Part shown: piece after piece, positions 24,946 to 37,017 of the stretch | Position numbering within the stretch: the stretch's first letter is position 1 | How the letters are laid out: the number at the start of each line of letters is the position of its first letter | NCBI RefSeq assembly: GCF_000143415.4 | Contig: NW_003314324.1 | Coordinates: forward strand, 881,379-945,378 | Direction of reading: 5' to 3' | Source: Selaginella moellendorffii | Lineage: Eukaryota; Plantae; Lycopodiophyta | Length of the DNA stretch: 64,000 nt | Translations under genes and position numbers: made by a program | Notes under the pieces: generated by a model | Told to the model about the DNA's origin: nothing | The model's input: the letters and a program-made list of their open reading frames with translations, nothing else | Database searches by the model: none

Positions 24946-25499
24946 GTGTAATACCTGTAAAAAATATTTAAAGTATAGAGATAAGGGTGATTAGAGAATG
25001 GTCAAGTAAGGAATATTAAATGAATTAGCAAATTTGTTTTAAATATAGGTTTTAAAGATTTTGAAAGGCCAATAGAAATTAAAAAATGTTACTTTTAAAA
25101 ACTCTAAAATTAAATAAAAATCTTATATTCTCATTATAAGTCACTATGTAAATTATATCATAGATTCACAAATTTAAAATATAAAATATGAAAGTAAGTA
25201 GGTAGATATCACTCCACCTTAACCAGTAAAAATCATTGATACCAAAATCATCATCCTGTACAGAAAGAGCAGCATAATGCATGAAAAAGAAAGCCACCCT
25301 CCTTTAATGCACTTCACTCCTATTACAAGCTATTGTAAGTTTGTGGTCATTTTTTGTACCACATATCAATGAACTTCTTGTTGTCCACACTTGAGAGAAG
25401 CCCCACCAAGGGAATCACCTCTTCTGCTTGAGCAGTCTCGAGTTTCACATAGTGACAAGCATCTAAAGTTGTATGAGACAAAGAAAATAATTATAGAAA

Positions 25500-28400
25500 T
25501 CTAGAGTGAGTATATTTCTTGAAATATATAAAATTCAATAAGTAAAAGGGAAGGAGATGATTTTAGAGTCAGCTTAGAGTCACTTTTTCCCAATGACTTT
25601 AATGGTCCTATTAATTATTTGAATAGATTCTAAATCCTTACAATAGAATGAAGTTAAGTGTGATACATAGACAGTGTAAATTTTTTATGTAACTTTCATT
25701 TGTAATATATTTTTAATTCTAAAAAAGGAATGACTTTGGTGTGGAAATGATGAAAAACCAAGAGTGGGTATTTATGATGATGAAATGCAGTGATTATGAA
25801 AGTGAATAGAGTGATGGTTTGTGAATGTAAGTGGATAGGAATGAAGAGGAGGATGTGCTCTTGAAAGTGACAGAGACAAAAACTTGGGAACCAAGGGGAA
25901 AGGCTAGAAGATGAACAAGCTCCCAGACAAGTGGAGTTAAGGCCACCTCAAGGCTGGAATTCAAGCTTGAACTTATATTGGCAAGAGGATATGGCTTGGA
26001 AGGACATGAGAAATAAGTGAAAACAAGAAAAGAAAGTTAAAAACCCAAAGAGAGGAGAGAATTCACCACTAGTGAAGAAGGTGGTGAGTCAAGCTTTGCT
26101 CAAGTGTTGTTGTGAAGAAACTCACCTTTGGAGGGTGAAAAGAATCCTAGAGAAAGCTTTGGATTCCATGGAAAGTTGAGTTGAAGTAAAGCATGATGAT
26201 CTAAAGCTTTTGGTGTTGAGAGAATCTAAGACCATAAGAGATGTTTATAAGAGATTTGGAGCATGATGTCTAGCTATGTTGGCTGCTCTTGGATGGGAAA
26301 TGTTGATGCTAATAAAAAAGAAAAAGTTTCCCTGAGTGCTTGTAGAAGTCTTGTGGCGAACAAAGTGTCAATGCTTGGGAAAGTTACCATGGAATCAAAT
26401 GTGTTGTGTGGTTATGGTTGAACTAAATTGAATCTTTGTGATAAGAATGGTGTCTGTGAAGGCTCCATGCTTGAGGACACCATGTTGAGAATTGGAGCTG
26501 AAATGTAATGAAACCCGAAGCCATATGAATGTGCAATGCCATGTCAAAGCGGCTAAGTATTGACTCCAGAGTGATATGGAGCTTCTACAAACTGAGGAAA
26601 ACTTCCTTGAGTGTTAAGGAAGCCATGTAAAAACTCTTGAGTGTGGCCAAAGTCAAAAACAAAGATTGGAGTTGTGGGTCTACCAACTTTGAAGGATGCA
26701 CCACATTGTGCTCCATATCTAGCATGTGCTACATCCAAGTGGTGTTGTGAAGAGCTTAGTGAAGCTCTTTGATAGTGAGGAAAAAGACTTGAAGTTGAGT
26801 GTAGTGCATTTTATCTCTCTCCCCTTAAACCAATTGGAAAAGGGGTAATTGCTTAATGAGAGAGCCCTTAATGACTATTTTATCCCCATTTATCCCCTAA
26901 GGTTCCAAGGATCCACAGTGATAGTATATTCAAATCTCATCCCATGATCACATGCACTACACTCACCCCCCATTTAGAGATGTCAACATCTTCATTGATT
27001 ATTAACTAACAACCCTTATTGAGCCAAGGGGAACTAACATTTCCATTTTTGCACTAAATTTACTAATCCTTCTAATCCTTCTAATTTTTTCTGCATTAAA
27101 TTTACTAATCCTTCCATTGTGTAGGCCAACTATTCCATGTGAGGCAACTAGTCAAACCTATACCATAGTCTTATAGTGCATACCTTTATTTATGGATGCT
27201 CCATCAAAAGGAAGGACGTATGCATGGATGCCCAATATGTAAGATTTTATATTTAGGGGTAGGAATATACCTTGTTCAAAGGTATATTATGTTTTAAGTA
27301 GCTACTAATCAATAGGAATTGAACCTGTGCCATTTGCTCCAATACCACATGTAGCGCACTTTATCTCTCTTCCCTTAAGCCAATTAGAAAATGGGCAATT
27401 GCTTGATGAGAGAGCCCTTAGTGACTATTTTATCCCTATTTATCCCCTAAGATTCCAAGGATTCACAGTGACAGTATATCCAAATCTCATCCCATGATCA
27501 CATACACTACACTGAGATAGTGGACTGAGCAGTTGCAAGAGTATTGTCTATCCAGCTTGTAGGGATCCATGATAAAGTACATGGATCTGTGAGGGTGTCC
27601 TGGAAAGGCAAAGTTAGTAGACAAGAGCAAACAGCATGATGGATATGAGGTCCAAATAAAGGACATTGAATCTTCTCAGTAAGGAAAAATGCCACATTTT
27701 GGGACTTGTAAGATTTAAGTTGTTCAAGTGGTTTGGCTGGAGGAGATTGTGCCATAAGTGTGGAGGCTGATGTCTCTAAGTTTCCTAGAGTTGCTTGATC
27801 ACTAAAAGTCATGGCCACGACTACTGGAACGCTAGAAGTGTTTTCATGTTCATCATGGTATAAGTGAGCAGATTTGTGTTCTTCACAAGAAAGAGCCATT
27901 GTTAAAACCATAGGTCCTGAAAAAGTGCACTTAAGTGTGTTATGTAAAACCACTGGGGGAAAATTTGCATCCAAGCTTGCTTGCAGCTGCCTTGTTGGTG
28001 TAGTTGGGATATCCCAGTGAGCTGTAGGGGTGTGATTCTCAAGTAGAGAGGTCAAACCTAGCACTTGCATACCCCATGGTGATGTGAAGGGTTGAGGAGG
28101 TAAGCAATGTTGAGCTTGGATGGGCCTTGCTGTCATCTATGGGTTTTGGTACTGATTAGCTTATAGTTGACCCAAAAAACTCATGGATGGTGCTGATGCT
28201 ACATACCTCTATTTCTGGCAATGATGGATCATTAGGAGCTTGGGGAAGACAACTGCCAACTCAACTGGAAAAGCTAAACATGTTGGAGTCTTGGAAGAAG
28301 TCAGAGTAGGAGTAGGTGTCAGAGTGGGAGTAGGAGTCGGACTAGGAGCTGGAGTTGTCTTGTGCAAGGAGTGGCTATGAGCATTTGGCAGTTTGGATAT

Positions 28401-30400
28401 GGTCACTAATTTGCATCATTCCCTACTTCTACTATGTCTCAGCATTTGCTTGGAGGTGCCATGTGCATCCCAAGAAGATAAGATTGGTGAGGGAGTGGGA
28501 GTTCACATCCTGGAAGTCCACCACCACAAAATCCACTAGCAATGAGATCCCTTGGACTAATATTGGCACTTGGCGGCATATGCTTGCAGAGATCATTGTA
28601 TGACTTGCAAATGTTTTGAGGATGACGTGGTGTTATCTTGGATCTGTAATCTAGTAGACTTTGCCAATGCTAAGGAGAGGAAATTGCTCTCTAATCCTAA
28701 ATCCAATAATGCTTTTGTTGTGACAGTATCTCTTGGAGTGACTAATGCCATAAAAGCTCCCAGATCTTGTATTGTTGTGGTATCCATGATGTGGATCTCC
28801 TCTTCGGCAAGAAGAAGAGGTTGACTGGAATGTGCAAGGGCTTCTAGTTACTGTCCAAATCTTGGGACTGATCGCAAAAGTTATTCGAGTGAAAGGGTGA
28901 CTGAGCTATACAATAACTATTGCATGACATCCATCAGAAGAGCTGAAGATGTGGTAGGAGTTATGGAAGATGTACCAGCCAAGCCTAGAGAAGATGAGTT
29001 GTCAAGCTGAGAAAGTCCAACATCAACCAAAGGGGATCTAACAAATGCTAACTCAAAAGGTAACTTATATGTAATGGTTAAACCTAGTACTTGTTGAACA
29101 ATTAAGTTTTGCTCACCATTGATGTCCCGGGCTGTTGGCTGACATTTCTTTTGAGCTCAAGTCACAACTGTAAAGGTCTCATCATTGATAGTATTGATGT
29201 GGAGAGCCGGTTCCTTTCCCTTGCTCATCGATGGGGTGGCTTTAATTGCGTGTTGTTGGAATTGCTATTGATATCTATCTAGAGGTGGCAGAAGTGCAAA
29301 GTTATCAGCAAGGGGATGCTTCTGGACACGTTGGCTTTTGGGAGGCCAAAGCTATGGATGGAGGTGATAACACCGTTATATTGAGTGTGTACTAGCATCG
29401 CAATGGGTGCACCAACAACGGGGTCGTCTTGATGTTGTCTTTACTTGTTGAAGTCTCAACACCTTAAGTTCCTTGAGAATGGCAGTCTGCTGCTGCTGAT
29501 GTTGCAAGAGAGCTTACTATTGACACTCAAGGAGGTTTTTGTACTAGCAAAATTCTGCAATGGCATAGTGGCAATCTCTCTTCCGTGACTCTAGGTGTAG
29601 GCGGGTGAGAAACTGCTGTGATTGGATGCTTGAGGAGGTGGCTGGATGGAGGCTTGGCAACCTAGGAGACACCTAGAGTGAGGTAAATCTCCTTCTCAAC
29701 CTCCTCAGCATGCTCAAAAGCTAGACGACACTCGGTATGCTTATGCTTGAGAAGTTTGTGTTGGATGAGCAGCTTTAGCCCCTAGACAAAGGTGTCAACC
29801 ACGATTATCTCTATGAGGTCTGGGATTTAAGTGAGGCATAGCTTCCAATGCTACTTAAACCACCAAATATACTTAACGACAGACTCATGTGGTGCTTGCC
29901 TGAAAGAAAAGAGTTCAGTGTGAAGTTGTTAGAGATCCTTCTCCTGTCCAAACGTCTTGAGGAAGAGCCTCTTTACCTCTGTGTATTGTTCCCGCTCTAT
30001 ATCCAAGAGTGACTTTGCCCAAACCGAACTTATCCATGCATCGATCAAAGAAAGTTGTTGCGCTTGCTTGCATCCACCATGATTCCATTTGAGTTGCAAA
30101 AGACCTCAAAATCTATTATATGACTTTGTGCTAATGAAGCTCCATGTGTGAAGAGAGGTAAATTCACACCCACTATAAGATATGGACTAGATTAGCCATC
30201 TCTACTGACTGTTGCAAATCCCTAGACAGGGTATCTGCTAGATCCATTGAATCCTCCTCATCCGAGGTGAATTGATGGAAATCAAACTCTCACTTTAAAC
30301 ATAAAAACTTGCTTTGAAGAGTGGAGATTAGTGCCTTCCAAATTGATCCTCCAAATGATTGTGACATGTTATCACCGGCATAAAATGTTCATATCACTAT
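25500..30400 (-). mobile_element. Degenerate LTR retrotransposon with a gag remnant and long Pro/Thr-rich spacer; boundaries approximate
   Basis: Minus strand at ~29750-29920 reads as retrotransposon gag (ESVVKYIW.FK.HWKLCLT.IPDLIEIIVVDTFV.GL) with many stops. The TRIM at 26800 interrupts it. Confidence 0.5.
26800..27511 (-). mobile_element. TRIM (terminal-repeat retrotransposon in miniature)
   Basis: 162-bp TG..CA LTRs at 26800-26961 and 27350-27511. Minus-strand Met-type PBS TGGTATTGGAGC and PPT ATGGGGGTGAG. Near-perfect 5-bp TSD TTGAG/CTGAG. Non-coding interior of ~390 bp. Confidence 0.92.
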
Positions 30401-32597
30401 AAATGCCCAAACATAGTAAATATTACGAAGTGATGCACTCAATTTAGCAAGTTAAATCATCCCCAAATGCCCTAAGCAAAGCTCATAACCAAAATAAATG
30501 GTTATGAATGTTGCAAACTTTTACATAAAAATCCAAGAGGCATGAAAATGTTGAGGTATCTCTTAAAGAAATAACTGTTGTGCTTTTCTACCAAGAACTC
30601 CTACTGTGGTGGATGGAATCGCTTAGAAAGTGGCTTGACATCAGCCTAAGAAGCCAAGTCATCCTCCTCATGCAAAAGATTTGCAAAAACTAAGTGCAAG
30701 ATAGGAGACAAACTCTCAAGAATAATGATCACACTTAAACAAGGATAAAAGCTAGTGAAGAATAACTCTAGCACAGCCAAAAGGGAAACTGACTGCAATG
30801 TTCTTGATTTATGTGGTGTGTGGCGAGCTAGAAACAGCATGACATGCACTATGGGAATGTGACATGGTGAGAGAGGTATAGCAATAAATTTTCAAAGCAA
30901 CATAGGAATTAAGAGGCATTATAAAGTTTGAGGCTCAGGAATTAAGAGATATTTCAGAGTTTGAGGCTTAGAGTGGGGATATCCTCCACTGGTTTGAGGG
31001 AGCTAGAGGTCCAGCCATTGGTCAAGCTTGGAGACGTATTCGCTATTGCGGACGACACAGATGGAACATGCAAGTCCAGTGGGATATGATAGGGGCTGAA
31101 GTCGGGACATTAGTCTGGGAGGCAATGGGCTACGAGTGCTAGTCCATCTAGAGAATGACAAAAGTGCAAGCACTTTGGGAGGCATGGAACCATTGTTACT
31201 TTGATGGGCAACAAGTGAGGATATCCGAATGGTGGCATTGTGGTGGAGACTCACTCTTGCAGCGGTGTGTCTTCATTATGCCATCTTGAAAGAGTGGGTG
31301 AAACCGAGGTAGCTAGAAGAGTGGAGGTCTAGATGGCTCCCATGCTTCGGCAGAATGGTAGGTGGTGAGATTTGCTGGTAGTGGTGCCCCCCGGACTCTA
31401 TTCTACATTCGGCTTGAGGGGGAGATTTGGACATTAACACAATTTGAGTGAGATGACCATGTCTACTTCTACTCTAGGACTAGGTCTAGCTGTGACACAA
31501 GAGGATCCCATAGAGTAACTCATAGAGAGAGCGGTACGCCCAGTTTTTGTATTAATCCCATTGGGACATAGGGAATGTACATACACGTTTACCGATTTAT
31601 ATAAGTGATGCTCTATTTAAGCATGTAGCTCATTGATCTTTGCTCCTTCCTAGGGGCTTAAGCCTTCCCTTTGGGGGAGTAAGGGTACCCATACTGGGCT
31701 GTTATGCCATAATGTTTCTTCTTGGGGTCTCAAAATAAAAGATACACCTAAGGCTTGGGGATTAAAAGGTCCTATCATCAAGTTTTATTATACTATTGCA
31801 GCCATAGGCATCTTGAGAGAGAGGGAAAGACTACTCTTACTCTTACTTCTACTCTTATTCTCACTCCTACTACTACTGCTCCCACTCCTACTCCCCGGTT
31901 GCAGCTGTGGGCATCTTGATAGAGAGAGAGAATATTCCAATTCTTAAAATATTCCAAATGGTTGTATAGAAACCCCATAAGGGCAGGTATTGCACTTTGT
32001 CTCTTGAACTAGAGCCATAGAGAGGAGGAGGATTGAGATACATAGTGAACCTAATTTGACACCCACCTTCTTCTTTTTTGGAGCATTTCTTGATTGATGG
32101 AGATAAAAACTAGGTATATAAATAACAAAACTTACATACATATTAGTTCTATAATATTAAAATTGTTATAGTATACACAACTCTTATAGAGCATAGTTTT
32201 ATATACATATATAAGTAAAATAGTATAAGAAAATACTCATTTACTTAGATATATAGGTAATATTAGTCAATAGTTTGCCTTTAAGAAACAATAATTTAGG
32301 GAAAGAAGTACTGCTATTTTATCTTTAAAATATCCACAAAATCTTAGTTTATATTTAATATAATTTTATTTAAAATAATTTTAATATTATTTTCATAAAT
32401 TTATTTAATAATATTTATTATAATAAATAGTATTTTTTACAATAAAATAAATTTTTAAGCTTTAGGAAAATGTTAAATAAATAAATAAATAAATAGTATT
32501 AAATTCATCACTAGAATATAGCAATCATTCTTCATATGATGTATAGTATTATAAATATTTATTTACAAATATTTAGATAATTTTATTGTTTTATAAA

Positions 32598-33050
<453 letters not shown>

Positions 33051-33734
33051 TTTCATTAGAAGTCTAATAGGTAATTTCTATTTTTCTCTAGATATTACAT
33101 CAATTTTGTACATAAGTGAATATTATTGAACAGAAAGAATAATCACTCTTTCTCATTAAGGTTTTATTATTTTTAGTTTTAAATATGAGAATTAGTTTTT
33201 GAAATAGAGGGAAAATACTACAAACCCAAATTTCTTTTAAATGTAGTTACACCACAAGCACATGCACAGATTAAAGATATGATGAGAACCAACTAATACC
33301 AATAAACTCCACAAAGGTCTCTACGAAGGTGGTGAGGTTTGAGCATATAAATATATCTAAACACTATTAGGAAGGAAAGTAAAAATGTTATTTATACTTA
33401 TTTATAATATTTACTTTGTACCTCAATTTTTTATTAATTCTGTAGACACTAATTATAAATTAGTGACATAGAAATATTATCAACTGTTATTTGTAAAGAA
33501 AAAGTTTTTTCTTAGAAGAATATTACTATTAGAAATACCTTTTCTTATCAAACCTGGAATTATGGAAACAAATTCCTCTTGAAATTTCTTCATTAAACAA
33601 TTACTACTTATATATATATTTGCTTTTGCTGTACAACATTTTAATATGTTATCTCCAAATAGTATAAATAGAACACTTCTGCAATTCTTCATTTGTCATT
33701 AGGGTTATGCAACACATCGTAGCTTAGATTTTTA

Positions 33735-34010
33735 CTTAGCCATGGCTTAGATCCTCTTTGCAGCGCCATACAATGGCCACACCCAGCTCAATTCAGCTCC
33801 AACACCACAGCAAGGAGCTTTAGGACGGCCAGCTCCAGCACAGCCATGGCCAACTCGGCCATGGCTGCTCAGCTCCAGCTCTCAACCACGGCTTCCCAGC
33901 TCCAACTCCAGCACAACACAGCTCTGCCATGGCCGCCCAGCTCCAGCTCTCAACCATGGCTTTGCAGCTCCAACTCTAGCACAGCCATGGCTGCCCAGTT
34001 CCAGTGAAAT
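33735..34010. repeat. Degenerate short-repeat cluster (CAGCCATGGC...CCAGCTCCAGC), continued at 44615-44710
   Basis: Several GCCATGGC and CAGCTCCA(G/A)C units. The same motif resumes on the far side of the 34.2-44.5 kb insertion. Confidence 0.7.
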
Positions 34011-35500
34011 ACGTGCCCGGGGATTTCTGGATGAGACCTGGATCTGGAGTGCGGCCAACCACACCAGCATTCCAATCCAGGTATGGCGTTCTCTGAAATC
34101 TGTGTGTTTCTATGGTGCTGTTCATTTCTAGAGCCTACATTTATGTTCTTCAGAAATTTGCTAGGCAATATGTGTCTTGACTAAGGTGGAGTTCTTTAGC
34201 TCCAGCTCTTCCCAGCTCCTGGGGACAATGCAGCAGATTTGCCTTGGGTTTGACATGAACCATAGGAATATTCCAAGAATATTCTATAGCATGTGGGATT
34301 TAAGGCTGTATTGCATTAAGGGTTGGGAGATTGGCCTAGGGTTCACTCTCTTGTTCGTTTCATTAGTATCGAAGTAGCACGTTCTTTTGGGGATGGCAAA
34401 TGAGTGAGATATTAATTCTGATGAAGAGTATGGCATTAGTGATGATGGTCATAATGATGAGAAAGAAACTCTTGATGATGTCGTTATGTGGCAAGGATGC
34501 CAGATTTCTAAGGTTTAGAGTGACATTAAGGAGGTTATAGATTATGTCAATCTCATTAATGATTTCTTACTTCGCATGGACCCTCAAGGGTTGAATTAAT
34601 CTCATGTTCGTGATTACCATTGATATGTCAAGCATGCCAAAGATTATGGTATCGTGGAATGGAAGTCATCAACGTTTAAAGCAATGTTGTATCTCTGCTC
34701 CTATATTAAAAAAATTTTGATCCTGAGAAGCTTCTTGTGGTCGAGACAGATGCAAGTGACATTGCTATTGGGGTCGTCTTGCTTCAAGTTAAGCATCCTC
34801 TTGTGTACATGAGCTATAAGTTTGATGCCACATAGCAAAATTGGCTTACTTGAGATAAGGAGTTATATGTTGTGATTGCTACTGTGAAGGAATGGTGACA
34901 TTATCTGTATGGATCAGACTTCTATGTGGATTTAGAACATTAGTCTCTCCAGTATTTTAGTCGACAAATAAATCTTCAAGGCCGCCTTACTTATTGGCAA
35001 GAGTTCCTGCAGGAAATGTCTGTTAAGATCCAGTACAAGTATGGAGGTGACAATAAAGTGGTTGATGCATTATCTAAGATGGTAAATTTTATCTCGTTCA
35101 TGAAGATATCTAGCAATCTCTTGGATAAGTTTAAGGAGTTTGTTGAATTCGACTCCTTTATCACTGATATTCACATGAAGGTTTTGTTGAAGGATGCCTT
35201 TACAAATTTGAAGGGTGACAAATTTGCATCATTTGAGATACGAGATGGAATCCTAGTGAAGAAGGGACTGTGAGACACAAAATCCCTAGGCCCCAAAGTG
35301 GAGCCGGAAGGGCGCCACATGGTAGTGGCCGAAGCGAGAGCCAAACGAGCGTAACACGTTTGGACCAAAAGCTCCGACTTGAAAAGTCAAGAGCGGGAGT
35401 GGAACTCCCAATGAAGTGCTCGAGGAACGAGCACGAAGCGAGCAAAAGGCGAGGCTCCAAAAAGGGACCCAAAAGGACCAACACATGACACGTGGGAGTG

Positions 35501-35861
35501 TCCGAGATGGAGTCCGAAGTGGAGTCCGAGGTGGACCCGAGTTGGAGTCCGAAATGGAGTCCGAGATGGACCCGAGATGGACCCGAAATGGAGTCCGAGA
35601 TGGAGTCCGAGATGGACCCGAGATGGACCCGAGATGGAGTCCGAGATGGAGTCTGAGATGGAGTCCGAGATGGACCCGAGATGGAGTCCGAGATGGACCC
35701 AAGATGGACCCGAAATGGAGTCCGAGATGGAGTCCGAGATGGACCCGAAATGGAGTCCGAGATGGAGTCCGAGATGGACCCGAGATGGAGTCCGAGATGG
35801 AGTCCGAGATGGAGTCCGAGATGGAGTCCGAGATGGAGTCCGAAGTCGAGACCGAGACCGG

Positions 35862-35893
<32 letters not shown>

Positions 35894-36000
35894 TCGGGAC
35901 CGAGACTGAGACCGAGGCCAAGGCCGAGACCGAGCCCGAGCCCGAGTCTGAGTCCGAATCCGAATCCGAGTCCGAGTCCGAGTCCGAGTCCGAGTCCGGA
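35501..36000. repeat. Minisatellite array in the 5' LTR (12-mer CCGAGATGGAGT and 11-mer CCGAGATGGAC, then GAGACC/GAGTCC hexamers)
   Basis: Directly visible. The second copy at ~41351-41827 has a different unit order and number. Confidence 0.97.
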
Positions 36001-37005
36001 GCCTGAGAGGGTGAAAGCCCAAAGCGTTCGTCTCCCAGACCCTGGGGGGTTTGGTGAGCTCCAAAAGTATAGTAGGGGGAGGACTGCAGTGGAGCCAGTT
36101 TGGCCAGGAAAGGCCAGTTTGGCCCAGGAAGGCCAGACCCAGTGTTGGGTGATGAACTGACCACTGGGAAGTCCAAGACTAGAGTGAATACAGACCGACA
36201 AGCGGGGTAGCTTGGTGAAGTGTTCAAGAGCCGGCTCTAGTTCCCCCGGGAGATCGACTGGCCGATGCTCCTAGTCCAAGTGTGGGTGGCACTACCTACT
36301 TGGATACCAGGCGTGGCTCAACGGAACCTCGCTCTAAGCCCATGGCTAGAGCACCTAAAGGCGATAGGTGGGGAGAGTACCCAGGTGGCTCGCGTAAGGC
36401 CACGATGTTCCGAAATGTCGTCCCAAAGGCCCAGACTGTGGAAAGGAAGAGGAGCAGTCCTCTGGGGTAGTGACCAAGGACACAGTCGTGTGGTGAGGAA
36501 GTCCCAGAGGACCGTGGGACTTAGTGGTCGGGCCTGTGGGCCTCGATCCAGTGGCAGTGTTGGCAAACACGGCCAGGGGCAGAAAGGGACTTGGTAGGAA
36601 CTGATAAAGGGACTTTGGGGAAGGCGATTCCCCAGGTCTGTGGGCATCCTAAGGATGCTAAGGAGTGGATCTAGGATGACCCCTCGTAGACAGATGGCCC
36701 AGTCTTGGAGAGACGGGATGGTGATGCAAGTGGTATTGGACCATTTGCGCAGCAAAGGTGAATGGGCATGGCCTTAGCGTAACGGGCCGAGATGTCAGTG
36801 GTACCTTTGGGTGTTGGTCATGGGATTGGACACGTGGAGCACTTGGACCAAATGCAAAGGTTGAGTGGCATGGATGCCATTCTCGGGGCTAGCAAGCCCC
36901 AAGTCCTGAATGGGACTTATGGAGGTTGTGAATGAGACTCCTCCAAGTGGTCGGAGGTGTGGTTAAGTGACTAAAGTAGAATGGAAAAGTTAGTCGCTTA
37001 CAATT

Positions 37006-37017
37006 TGGTATCGGAGC
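37006..37017 (+). promoter_or_regulatory. Primer-binding site, tRNA-iMet type
   Basis: TGGTATCGGAGC, 3 nt after the LTR end; one mismatch to the canonical TGGTATCAGAGC. Confidence 0.88.

Noticed and set aside
27507-28136. 209-aa ORF as a host gene
   Set aside because: It lies downstream of a gag remnant in a decayed retroelement, ends in the TRIM LTR and has no recognisable domain.
35200-36227. Long overlapping ORFs (SDSDSD, GLGLGL, RSRSRS), repeated at 41056-42106
   Set aside because: These are translations of the LTR minisatellite, open in several frames on both strands, with no protein domain.
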